A DNA stretch of 64,000 bases from IMG/VR virus record IMGVR_UViG_3300033553_000052, positions 1,205 to 65,204 of that record. One strand, written 5' to 3'. The notes under the pieces are model-generated. The model was not told where the DNA came from. It did no database searches and was given only the letters and a program-made list of their open reading frames with translations. This DNA comes from a virus. Taxonomy: Duplodnaviria; Caudoviricetes. Below are positions 54,163-63,326 of the stretch, in pieces. The position numbers and the translations under genes are program-made. Positions within the stretch are counted from its first letter, which is position 1; each line of letters begins with the position of its first letter.

Positions 54163-54673
54163 TAGTGATCTCCGTCTCCACAACGTACTCTAGGTTTGAC
54201 AGGTGGTAAAACGAGCCTTCGATCTCATTACTAAGGAATCGCTGGCCCTGAACGGTTCCCTTCTTAAAGCTTTCCGTGTAGCCAAACTCGGTTGACTGCA
54301 GTTGGCCCAATGCTACACGAAGCGGTAGGTCCATGGAAAGCTTGGCGCGGACGATACCGGCGAGCGTAGCCGCTAGCTGGAGTCCCTCCTCCTCGTCCAT
54401 GTGCTGGATGAACGTCTGAATGCCGATGACATACTGGTTGATCGTTGACCCTGTCCTGGAGTCAATGCCAAGCATCTCGGTGGAACCTTCTTGTGGACTC
54501 CATAGTGCGGCTGTAATTCCGATAGCCTGGACCGGGTCGCCCTTTCTTATCGGCCTAGTGTAGATCGCTATGCCGTCTGAGTCTCCGATGGCTGGGTCGA
54601 TCTTCTTCAGCTCCTGCTTAAGTAGGAGGACAATGTTGTTCGGGAAGCTCGTGTTATTGGGAGTTACTGCCAT
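54155..54673 (-). CDS. putative tail terminator
   Basis: Size and synteny between neck and tail-tube genes. Confidence 0.55.
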   Translation of the reverse strand: MAVTPNNTSFPNNIVLLLKQELKKIDPAIGDSDGIAIYTRPIRKGDPVQAIGITAALWSPQEGSTEMLGIDSRTGSTINQYVIGIQTFIQHMDEEEGLQLAATLAGIVRAKLSMDLPLRVALGQLQSTEFGYTESFKKGTVQGQRFLSNEIEGSFYHLSNLEYVVETEITNV

Positions 54674-55196
54674 TGCCGTATCCTTGGATGAAGTATGCGA
54701 GGTAACTCATGATTGCGAACATGTCAGTAGCGTTGACAGCGAGTACCGGCCTCGGCACAGTATTTCCTCCGCCAACCTGAGCACGGCGAACCTTGGTCTT
54801 GAGTGCTCCTGGAGGAGACTTGTGCGGGTAATGGAGCGAGGTGTTTCCAGTTCCCTCGTGGGTGATGTCCCCAGTCCCCTGCGTTATATACTGCTCCATA
54901 TCGTGTGTTCTCACGTTGATAGGATGACTCCCGGAAATACCGAAGAAGTCTCCACTGACAACACCCGCTTCTCTTATCTTTACCGTGGTCGGCTTCAATG
55001 GTGCCCACTTGCCCGAAGCGTCGTCACCCTCGGCGCTGAACCGCGCATGCGCCCGCTTCTGCAGGTAGGGGGTAACGCTTGCCTCTAGGAATGATTGCAT
55101 ACCCACAGGAGAGAAGACTGCGTCAAGATGATTGAGCATGAGTGTTACGCCAGCACCGTCGCCCAGCATAACAACGTCCATCGTCACGGTAGTCAT
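54654..55196 (-). CDS. virion morphogenesis / tail completion protein (Mu gpG-like)
   Basis: RF..EG....KWAPLKP.T and C-terminal P.RP.L motifs. Confidence 0.7.
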   Translation of the reverse strand: MTTVTMDVVMLGDGAGVTLMLNHLDAVFSPVGMQSFLEASVTPYLQKRAHARFSAEGDDASGKWAPLKPTTVKIREAGVVSGDFFGISGSHPINVRTHDMEQYITQGTGDITHEGTGNTSLHYPHKSPPGALKTKVRRAQVGGGNTVPRPVLAVNATDMFAIMSYLAYFIQGYGNGSNSQ

Positions 55197-55690
55197 TAGC
55201 CACCGCCGTAAGGCATAAGTCCAGTTGGGCTTGTCATGGTATTAAACGCCTCAACAGCAGAGAATGCGTCAACGTTGTAGACTCCACCACGACGCTTCCC
55301 CTCGCTAAATGTATCAAGCTTTGGTGCTCCGTAAAGTTCTGGTGATCCAGTCGCGAGCGCCTTTAGCGCGTCAAGCGAGTTCCTGATCAGCATGAGGCCG
55401 TACGCGTGAACCTCTGTATCTTCGCCACCTGCGGTGAGTGCCGTAAGCAGTCTTCCTGATGCGAGGTGTGCGTTAATGTTCTTGAGTGTAAGAATTGCGA
55501 TGCGAGAATTAGATACGAGTTCGTCAGGAATGATCGGCGTGGCATAAACGGAACCGAGCTTAACGTCAATCTCGTCTGCTGCACTGATGATGTATGTAGC
55601 AACATCAACAGTCGAGGGAAGTGGAACGTTTCCAACAACGAGATCCTCGACAGCGCAATAAGCCCCAGTCACCACAGCCACGTCGATCAC
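55196..55690 (-). CDS. head-to-tail adaptor (Mu gp36/DUF1320-like)
   Basis: AYC..EDL...I..A.DEID..LG..Y.TPI pattern. Confidence 0.7.
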   Translation of the reverse strand: MIDVAVVTGAYCAVEDLVVGNVPLPSTVDVATYIISAADEIDVKLGSVYATPIIPDELVSNSRIAILTLKNINAHLASGRLLTALTAGGEDTEVHAYGLMLIRNSLDALKALATGSPELYGAPKLDTFSEGKRRGGVYNVDAFSAVEAFNTMTSPTGLMPYGGG

Positions 55691-55699
55691 TCCTAACTT

Positions 55700-55873
55700 T
55701 TACTTGGAGGCAGGTGCGGCAGGTGCCGCCGGAGCCTTGTTGTCGTCAGTGGACTCTTCGTCCGTCTTGTCGGGGTTCTCGCGCTTGGGAGGCTCGGGAA
55801 CGGCGTAGAGGTTTGTCGCGTACTCGGGGGAGACGCCAACGATTTCGTTGGGGTCCTTCTTCTTTGCAGCCAT
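55700..55873 (-). CDS. 57-aa protein after major capsid gene (not in ORF track)
   Basis: MAAKKKDPNEIVGVSPEYA...PASK*; AAGGAG RBS. Confidence 0.7.
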   Translation of the reverse strand: MAAKKKDPNEIVGVSPEYATNLYAVPEPPKRENPDKTDEESTDDNKAPAAPAAPASK

Positions 55874-55896
55874 GGCTGCTCCTTAATCTATTAAGG

Positions 55897-55937
55897 CCGT
55901 ATGCCGGAGGCGGGAGATGACCCACCTCCGGCAACGG
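55897..55937 (-). terminator. hairpin after major capsid gene
   Basis: TGCCGGAGGTGGG/CCCGCCTCCGGCA stem. Confidence 0.6.
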
Positions 55938-55950
55938 ATGGTTAACGTCA

Positions 55951-57135
55951 CTACAGGGTGAGGTCCCAGGTGTACGTCTTGTCGAGGTGCAGGAAGACCG
56001 GGAAGGCCTTGATGCCAGTACCTCGGTCGGTGCCCCACGGGTCGGGTCCGGTGTCCTTCTCCCACTCGTAGAAGCCGGGCGACCAGTTGCCCTCGGGGTG
56101 CGGCGACGTGAGCGTCTTGGCGAAGCCAATCTGCGTGTCGTCGAACTCGTTGAGCTGGGCCTCATCGGGCAGGAAGATCACGCGGTTCTCAGGCATGAAC
56201 CTGTTGTTGGTGATGTTCTGTGCGCCGACTGCACGAGTCCGGTAAACCGAATCGTACACGATGAAGTCGATGCCAGTCTGCTCCTTGATGAGGTCAATGG
56301 CGTACTGCGGGCCATAACCAGGAATCAAGTAGTAGGGATCACCCGAGACAACGCCACCAGTTCCGTCTCCAACGAATCCGGCCTTTGTGCCGAACTTCGA
56401 CGCGCGAGCCATGCGAAGCAGGGCCTTCTTGGAAATGATTGCGCGGTTGGTGTGAACGCCGTAGAGGTCGTACATCGTCTCATCGACGGCAATGATGTCG
56501 TTGATCGGATCGTGAGTCGCAGCGGCGTAGGTGCCAGACGCAGGAGCCTGCGCGGACTGTCCACCGGGGCGACCGTAGTCAACCGAGAACTTGATCTTGC
56601 CATCGTTGTACGCGAGTACACCGGCGGAGAGGCCCGTCATGATGAGCCACTCAAGTCGGTTGTCGAGCTTGCGGCGACGCAGGGCATCGTCGCGAGCAAT
56701 CTTGGACGCGAAGTCCTCGGTCTGCGACGTGACGGTCAGTGGGAAGTTGTTACCCGCCGCCAGCTCCGCGAGGCGTGCGTACTCGCGATAGCGAGCAACG
56801 TCCGATGCGGAGTAGTGGTCCTTGAGTGCCCAGTCGATGACGGACGCGCGGCCCTGGCCGAGTGCCATGTCATCCTTCTGAGCAAGCTCCGACTCTGCAT
56901 CTTCGGCGCGTGCGGGAGCAAGACCGGAGGTCAGTCCCTGCACGTAGTCGAAGATCACTTCGTCGGTAGCGACCTCTTGGAACGGTGCGACCACGGACAG
57001 GCCGATGTGGTCCTGAGGCTTTTCGATCTCTCGAATCTGCCCGAGGGCGACCTCCTTGCGCACCAGTCGATCGAGCGGCTGAGGAGCCATGAACTGCTGG
57101 CTCCCGCCACCCGGAGTGTGCTGGGTGATAGTCAC
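55951..57135 (-). CDS. major capsid protein (lambda gpE-like)
   Basis: 394 aa, strong codon bias; RLEW...G......VDYG.P and DP..D motifs; follows decoration protein. Confidence 0.85.
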   Translation of the reverse strand: MTITQHTPGGGSQQFMAPQPLDRLVRKEVALGQIREIEKPQDHIGLSVVAPFQEVATDEVIFDYVQGLTSGLAPARAEDAESELAQKDDMALGQGRASVIDWALKDHYSASDVARYREYARLAELAAGNNFPLTVTSQTEDFASKIARDDALRRRKLDNRLEWLIMTGLSAGVLAYNDGKIKFSVDYGRPGGQSAQAPASGTYAAATHDPINDIIAVDETMYDLYGVHTNRAIISKKALLRMARASKFGTKAGFVGDGTGGVVSGDPYYLIPGYGPQYAIDLIKEQTGIDFIVYDSVYRTRAVGAQNITNNRFMPENRVIFLPDEAQLNEFDDTQIGFAKTLTSPHPEGNWSPGFYEWEKDTGPDPWGTDRGTGIKAFPVFLHLDKTYTWDLTL

Positions 57136-57147
57136 TTTTCTAGCTCC

Positions 57148-57618
57148 TTAGCTGAAGAGGATTGACAGGGTCTTCTGGCCAACAAGGCCAGCTGCTGTGG
57201 TATTGCCAAGGGCGCCACGCACACCAGAGATGCGCTCGATGCACCAAGCCTGAACAACGCGAGCTTCAACCGTAACGGCGATCTGCTCATCGTGCTCCAG
57301 GAGCTGCCACGGAAGGAAGGTATCGTTGATACCCACGATGTTCGTGAGGGTCTGACGACCGTCGAGTGCGTTGGCATCGTAGGGGCCTACGAGTCCAACA
57401 TCTGCAGCCGTTGAAGTTCCAACGGCCGAGGTGATCTTTGCCATGACTTCGCCAGACTGCAGAATCTTCTGCGTCGAGCCGTCAATGGTCTCCGCTGCGA
57501 CTGAAGATGCGGCAACCGTGAAACTTTCGGTCTTGACATCTCGAGTCGAACGAAGATACGTGTTCTTACCGAACGGGGTGTACGCCGCAGGCGCCGGACC
57601 CCTGTCGAAAGAAGGCAT
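57148..57618 (-). CDS. head decoration protein
   Basis: L.SG.VMAKIT...GPY...A.DGRQ...GI motif; between scaffold and capsid. Confidence 0.75.
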   Translation of the reverse strand: MPSFDRGPAPAAYTPFGKNTYLRSTRDVKTESFTVAASSVAAETIDGSTQKILQSGEVMAKITSAVGTSTAADVGLVGPYDANALDGRQTLTNIVGINDTFLPWQLLEHDEQIAVTVEARVVQAWCIERISGVRGALGNTTAAGLVGQKTLSILFS

Positions 57619-57631
57619 CGTTTACTCTCCT

Positions 57632-58873
57632 TTACAGTGTGAAATCAGGATCGAGGGCAACGAGCTTCTTGTAGGAAGCCATTTCCTTGATCGACTCGGG
57701 TGACTTGCCAGCGCGTCGGTGCTGCTGCACCGTTCCACGCAGGATCTCAACTTGGTCGTCCTTTACCGCTTCCTCGGCGCTTGCGCTACCGACACGGAAC
57801 TGATCGACCTTGCCAAGAACGGGGTTGACGGGCGCAACGACCTGCGCGGCCTGCCATGCGATGAACTGATCTTCGCTCAAGCTCTTTGCGAACTCGACCG
57901 TTGAGTCAGTGTTCGACGCGAGAATCTTTCCATCGTTGACGAGTCCGTTAACGAACTCGACGCGGGCAGCCTCGATGGTCTCCTTGCGGAACGCCTCGAG
58001 GACGCTGATGTGTTGCTGAACAGCTGCGTAGTCCTGAACCTGCTTGCCCTCGAGGGCGAACGACATAACACCGTTCTCCTGTGAGTGCTTCACGACGGGC
58101 TGAGCTGCGACAACAGGCTCTTCTACTGCCGGTGCCACAGCGGGAGCCGAGTGTGCTGAAACTTCAGGCACAGCCGGAACCACGGGAGCGGTGGGCAGCG
58201 TCGGAGCAACAGGCGTAATTACCTGCTGATCTGCTGACATGCTTTCCTCCTCAATGATCCTAGTGTTGCTATTGCTCTTCGAAAAACCATTCAAGCCCTC
58301 AACGGCTGGAATGTCAACATACGCCACGCCGAAGTACACGGGGAAATACTCTGCGCCGTCGTTCGTGATGTAAGTTCCCACTTCAGCGGAACGGTTCCGC
58401 CAAAGGCCCGACTTGATTGCCTTCTGAGCCTCGGGGTCGAGGATCTCATAAGACGCGATGAGGTAGTCGTAGTTGTTACCGTCGTGAGTGCTTTCACGAT
58501 TCTCCACGGTAAGACCGTTGTGATATCCAACGACCTTTCCGTTTCCTTCCTGACCACTAACAAGGAAGCCTGGGTGTCCAGATCGAACCGGAACGTCGGC
58601 AAGAATGTTGCGGCTACGAAGCATGTTGTAGTTACTCGCCATCGAGTCCAGGTGCATGCGCTCCCATGTGTTGCGCCTGCCCATGCTGTCTTCGAAGCTT
58701 CCTGACCGGAAGACGGCGACGTCACTTACCGTAAGGACCGTGTCGCCAGCTTCGTTCTTCGAGAACGTGAGCTTTGGCGCGAGACCCTTGGCAATGTCGC
58801 CGACGCTGAACATCATTGACGATGCCGTGGCGATTGGTCCTTGCAGTGTTTCAGTACTCATAGTGGTGTTCAC
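57632..58873 (-). CDS. capsid maturation protease / scaffold
   Basis: G.H...VG...SAE...GVA.VDIPAV.GL (Mu gpI-like protease pattern) followed by Ala/Pro-rich scaffold region. Confidence 0.75.
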   Translation of the reverse strand: MNTTMSTETLQGPIATASSMMFSVGDIAKGLAPKLTFSKNEAGDTVLTVSDVAVFRSGSFEDSMGRRNTWERMHLDSMASNYNMLRSRNILADVPVRSGHPGFLVSGQEGNGKVVGYHNGLTVENRESTHDGNNYDYLIASYEILDPEAQKAIKSGLWRNRSAEVGTYITNDGAEYFPVYFGVAYVDIPAVEGLNGFSKSNSNTRIIEEESMSADQQVITPVAPTLPTAPVVPAVPEVSAHSAPAVAPAVEEPVVAAQPVVKHSQENGVMSFALEGKQVQDYAAVQQHISVLEAFRKETIEAARVEFVNGLVNDGKILASNTDSTVEFAKSLSEDQFIAWQAAQVVAPVNPVLGKVDQFRVGSASAEEAVKDDQVEILRGTVQQHRRAGKSPESIKEMASYKKLVALDPDFTL

Positions 58874-59178
58874 CTTACCCCATCGTCATGTGTGCCAGCA
58901 ACCTGCGCCGGTAATGTTTCGTCATCAACCAACTTCATCGAGTCGTCAACCTCCTTGAGCTGCGGTCGCCCGGAAACTATTTTGATCTTGTGGACACGAA
59001 GACATTCTCTGCAGCGAATCTTTACCTGCGCGTCAGCACTGATAAACAGTTCAGCGTAGATGCGGCTTTGCTTGTAAACCTTGACATGGATGAATAGTTC
59101 TTTGTTTTCATCTAGGCCGTAGACGGCAAGTAGAGGATGCCTTGTGCAGAAGCATCGGATCTCATTCTTGTGATGCAT
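58870..59178 (-). CDS. small zinc-ribbon protein
   Basis: RCFC...LL...IRCREC motif; between portal and protease. Confidence 0.7.
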   Translation of the reverse strand: MHHKNEIRCFCTRHPLLAVYGLDENKELFIHVKVYKQSRIYAELFISADAQVKIRCRECLRVHKIKIVSGRPQLKEVDDSMKLVDDETLPAQVAGTHDDGVR

Positions 59179-59183
59179 CTCGA

Positions 59184-60530
59184 CTACGTCGAATCTTTTG
59201 CGATCAGTGTTTCGACCTCTTCAAGTTTAAGCCCAAGCGACTGACCGAGCTCCACGAGGTCAACGCTAACCCGACCGTCTTTAACGAGCTGGGTAATAAT
59301 TGCCTGCGTTGCTTCCGGCTGCGTCTTTCCCATCTTGTGAAAGATAATCTTCGGCCTACTTACGTTGGGGCCGAAGTTATAAGTCGCCATACCGGAGATG
59401 ATGTACTTGTTGATATACTCGGCCCAGTCGCCGGCAATGGCATTGAGTTGCCACAGGTACATCTGCATGTGCGACACGCCAAGGTTATACGAGCCAACGT
59501 CGGCGGTACGCATAAGCAGTAGCGGTGTAAACAGCGCCAACGAAATCTCTTCATCAAGTCTAGTCATGTAGCGCTCGAAGTCAGCGCCACGCATCTGCGA
59601 TTCAAGGTACTCGATATCGTAATCGAAGTTGTTCGTCGATTCCCCGGTAGAGTTGTTAGCGCGATCAGACGGCAGCACCACGGCGCTGCGTGACCTTAGT
59701 GCAGTAAGGATGCTTCCCATAAAGTCAGTAGAATCAACCTCGCCGTCTGTGGTTGTTACTGTATCCCCAAGTGGCGCACGGCCAACTGGAACCGGCTCAC
59801 CAAAGCGCTCGAAGTAACGGTTCGAGAACAGGTGCATGAGCGTACTGAAGAACCATGGCTGGAAGGCTGACTTGAGAAGCTTGCGCCCCGTGTAGTCGCC
59901 GTTCTCCATGAGCAACGGATACCAGTACGAGTTGGGAACAGGTATAACCCACGGCGAGCCGACTTGCTTAATTCCGTCGAACACATTCAGCTTCGGAGGT
60001 TTCTTGTTCTTGTTATCCACGCCGGGAGGAATAGTTCCCTCAACGACCTTCCAGTTGACGGAAGCCTCCTCGGGGGCAAGGTCCTTGATCTTCGTCAACT
60101 GAACCGTGCGGCCCTGAAGATCATTCTCCCACTGGAGGATGCTCGGCGAGTAGCCAGCCCAAAACGCCTGCGACATCGCACGGACAAGTCTTGTCCAGAT
60201 TGCTCCGAGGTTCTGCGTGACATGCTCCGTCACCCGTGCATCGTCGCACTCGATGTGCCAGTCAAGCTGGTGGAGCATAAACGTCAAGACGGACAGCGAG
60301 CTGTTTACTTGGTAGTGAGTTGACATCTGTCGGAAGTCCTTGACGTTGAGCCTCGACAGGTCGAACTGAACTACACCGCCGCCAGGAAGGTTAATGAACT
60401 GCATGTCCCTGCCAGCCCACGGGCCGAACGACTCTCCTATAACGGGAGCGGAAGTGGGACTTTTAGCATGGCGCTTGATCTTCTCTTGATCAAAGGGCTT
60501 GCCATTGGGTCCATAAATAACCCCGGTCAT
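59184..60530 (-). CDS. portal protein (DUF935/Mu gp29-like)
   Basis: GYS...W, G..LL...F, ERFG.P..VG and D.EIS...GSYNLG..H motifs; follows terminase. Confidence 0.85.
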   Translation of the reverse strand: MTGVIYGPNGKPFDQEKIKRHAKSPTSAPVIGESFGPWAGRDMQFINLPGGGVVQFDLSRLNVKDFRQMSTHYQVNSSLSVLTFMLHQLDWHIECDDARVTEHVTQNLGAIWTRLVRAMSQAFWAGYSPSILQWENDLQGRTVQLTKIKDLAPEEASVNWKVVEGTIPPGVDNKNKKPPKLNVFDGIKQVGSPWVIPVPNSYWYPLLMENGDYTGRKLLKSAFQPWFFSTLMHLFSNRYFERFGEPVPVGRAPLGDTVTTTDGEVDSTDFMGSILTALRSRSAVVLPSDRANNSTGESTNNFDYDIEYLESQMRGADFERYMTRLDEEISLALFTPLLLMRTADVGSYNLGVSHMQMYLWQLNAIAGDWAEYINKYIISGMATYNFGPNVSRPKIIFHKMGKTQPEATQAIITQLVKDGRVSVDLVELGQSLGLKLEEVETLIAKDST

Positions 60531-60548
60531 TATGTCTCCGTCTCCATG

Positions 60549-63326
60549 TCATTTATGCCAAGATGGGAACTGCGGCCCTTGGGGCGTTGGAGCCGTTGGG
60601 GGTATCGGCGCGCTTAGCCCAGATAGTCCGGCAAGCAGTCCGCCATAGCCTCCGTCAAGAGCTCCGCTAGAGCCGATACTAAAGGGCTCTCTTTTATCTG
60701 AAGCAGTCGGCTCACCATACCCGGTTCTAGCGACGCGCGCAACGCGACGATACTGCCGGTCGCCCATTAGGGTATAGACCACGCCTGCCAAACAGTCTGC
60801 CACGTCCTTCGATCCACCTTGCGGGTGATCGACCTTGTGCCCAGACTCTGAAAGTTCACGCAGTTCCTTGTTGGCTATGTTCACCTTTGTTACGTCGCCA
60901 CGATTGAGGAACGTAATATACTCTGGCCACTCTACACGACGCTCGTAGATAGCCTCGCGTAGATCGTAGTACGGCGCGGTAGTCTTATCCACTGACAAGT
61001 AGTCGGACGGGATCTTCCTCTTGTTGAGCTGCTGCCTCGTGTCAGTGCTGTTGTGAACGAAAACTCCGGACTCAAGTGCGAAGTTCTGATGCGTCTCTAT
61101 TGACAGGTCGTACACGTCCTCAACATCACCCATGCGCACGACCTTTACGACCTTATGGTTGTTAGCGGCGATGTGCATCTTCCTAAACTCAGCCCAACCT
61201 CTAAACCCATTCTCGCGCAGACGAGCGTAAATAATATCCTGAGACCAGCCGGTCTGGAGGGTCACCTCGCGACGGGATAAATGAGCATACGCACGTAAGT
61301 CTTCAATCGTTACATCGAGCCTACGTCGTCGCGCATCTAAGCCAGTACGCTCTGTGTTGGACTTCGAGATAGCAGTACCAACTGATTCTCTGCGCTCATC
61401 GGTCCAAAATTCAGAACGGTTGTGATGTGCATTATGTTCGCTGCGCAAGATAACATCAAGGTTACTCGGATCATTGTTTAGCTTATTGTGATCCTTGTGG
61501 TGACGAATGAATCCTTCAGGCGCTTCGCCGGCAATCGCTCTGTGAGTGTACTGCCAGCGCAACGAGGTTGCAGAGGTCGGCTGCGCGATCTGCTCGTAAC
61601 TTTCAATTATCTGGCGATACAGTGGCATTAAGGACTGGCCACTTAGTAAATCTTGCGCCTCGACATAAGAACCGTTACGCAGCATGAACCTATGATCAGG
61701 CGTGCATCTAATTACCTCACCATTATCAAGGTGAACCTCAAGCACTTCCTTGGTGCTTGTTTTCCACGCCTTCTGAAGTTTACCAGCAGTTATCTTCCCG
61801 GTAGCACTATCAACAGTGTAAGTACTCACGCCACCCTCGGGATAGAGTTCTGCAAGTTCCTTCATTGTCAAAACCCTGCCATCAAACAATGGCACCCGCG
61901 TATCTCCCGTGAGACACTGGAACCCGTCCATGGTGACCTTCGCGAGCTTGAACTTTCTTTCGTCCGCTATCTCATACAAGATGCGACGAATGTCTCCGAG
62001 GATGATCTCTGTACCTGGTGCAGCTTTGATTCGCATAAGGAAGTCAAAGGTAATGTAAGGCTTAAGTTCGTCTTCGATTTCAACTAGACCACTCACGTGA
62101 CCCATCGCGAGGCCCAATGCGTCTCCGTTTGCGGACACGGCAATGTCGATATGTGCGACTCTCTTTATTGTGTCGGTAGCAACTACCTCGCGATGCAGTG
62201 AAGGATGCACCGGGTCCGACCCCACGGGGACGTACGCGGGCGATTCCTGGTCGCGGTGCGAAGCCTCCCAGCGTTCGTGGCATTCGTCTATGCGATCAAC
62301 CAGGGAGATGAACGGCGAGTCTGCAGCCGGAGGAATACCGGCCAGGTCGCGTAGCGCCTTCTCGGGGTTGTTCTTAAAGCTCGCGAGGTACGACAGTGGA
62401 ACCTCAATAATGAATGCGCTATCAACAAGCCCCGCCGCCAACTTGGGGACCACGGACTTACGTCTCGTGTCATAGTAGAAAGACTTTCGATTACCATCTT
62501 CGTCCGTGAACTTATCCCACCCCAGAGATTCCCAGATAGCCATCGTCACAACGAGCGCTTCCGGGTCCTTCTCGAGCTCTTCTTTTTTCTTTTGCATGAA
62601 GCCAGACGTCTTCTTCATCTGGCCGATTACAATAAGAAGTCCACGGTGCTGTCCGGTTGTCGCGTCGTTAAACCGAGAGTCAATTCTTGCGTGGATTGTG
62701 TCATACCCGGACTCCGCAAAATCTTTGTTGGCGGTCTGCTTATGCGAGTCACCCTCATCAAGGATGCCGCCAAGAATGTTATACCCCTCGAACGATGTCT
62801 CCGCAGAGTTTCCTGGCAACACCCAGATATCTTTTGGAAACCTCAGTTGATTCTTAAAGTCCTTATCATACATGCAGTTTCGCTTAAACCAGGGCGAGTG
62901 CTCGATGCGAGCCTTGATGTCCCCGAACAGAACTTCCTTCGCCTGGTTCTCGGTCGTTGACATGAGCATGAAAGCGATACGTGAGCCGTCCATTAGTCCG
63001 AAGTACTGCTGGGGATTCTTGAGACAACTTACCCAGTGAACCATGTACGGGATTGCGATACTCGCGAACGTGGTCTTGCCGATGCCGATGCCGCCTGTAA
63101 AGATAGCGCGCCGTACAGCCGAGACGGTCTTTGGGTTGATCGTCCCACCAAAGATTCCAATGAGCGCACGCTTAACTCCGGTCCTAACCTGATCCTCAAT
63201 GTTGAGGTACTCGGGGCCTAGAAACTCTTCGATAGTTGCCGGACGCTCGGTGAACTGTGGGTTATCCTTTAGGAACTCCAGTTCACCTTCTAGTGCGCGA
63301 ATATCGTACTTAGTGCTACCTACCAT
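60549..63326 (-). CDS. terminase large subunit with intein
   Basis: Walker A GGIGIGKT, Walker B ILDE, RNase H-like HIDIA and DHP..GSKDVAD. Confidence 0.9.
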   Translation of the reverse strand: MVGSTKYDIRALEGELEFLKDNPQFTERPATIEEFLGPEYLNIEDQVRTGVKRALIGIFGGTINPKTVSAVRRAIFTGGIGIGKTTFASIAIPYMVHWVSCLKNPQQYFGLMDGSRIAFMLMSTTENQAKEVLFGDIKARIEHSPWFKRNCMYDKDFKNQLRFPKDIWVLPGNSAETSFEGYNILGGILDEGDSHKQTANKDFAESGYDTIHARIDSRFNDATTGQHRGLLIVIGQMKKTSGFMQKKKEELEKDPEALVVTMAIWESLGWDKFTDEDGNRKSFYYDTRRKSVVPKLAAGLVDSAFIIEVPLSYLASFKNNPEKALRDLAGIPPAADSPFISLVDRIDECHERWEASHRDQESPAYVPVGSDPVHPSLHREVVATDTIKRVAHIDIAVSANGDALGLAMGHVSGLVEIEDELKPYITFDFLMRIKAAPGTEIILGDIRRILYEIADERKFKLAKVTMDGFQCLTGDTRVPLFDGRVLTMKELAELYPEGGVSTYTVDSATGKITAGKLQKAWKTSTKEVLEVHLDNGEVIRCTPDHRFMLRNGSYVEAQDLLSGQSLMPLYRQIIESYEQIAQPTSATSLRWQYTHRAIAGEAPEGFIRHHKDHNKLNNDPSNLDVILRSEHNAHHNRSEFWTDERRESVGTAISKSNTERTGLDARRRRLDVTIEDLRAYAHLSRREVTLQTGWSQDIIYARLRENGFRGWAEFRKMHIAANNHKVVKVVRMGDVEDVYDLSIETHQNFALESGVFVHNSTDTRQQLNKRKIPSDYLSVDKTTAPYYDLREAIYERRVEWPEYITFLNRGDVTKVNIANKELRELSESGHKVDHPQGGSKDVADCLAGVVYTLMGDRQYRRVARVARTGYGEPTASDKREPFSIGSSGALDGGYGGLLAGLSGLSAPIPPTAPTPQGPQFPSWHK
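61050..61916 (-). mobile_element. 289-aa intein with HNH homing endonuclease in terminase nuclease domain
   Basis: FQ/CLTGDT start; CTPDHRF block B; HHKDHNKLNNDPSNL...H...H HNH; VYDL...HQNF...VFVHN/S end. Confidence 0.95.

Noticed and set aside
55987-57165. 392-aa plus-strand ORF
   Set aside because: Antisense shadow of the major capsid gene
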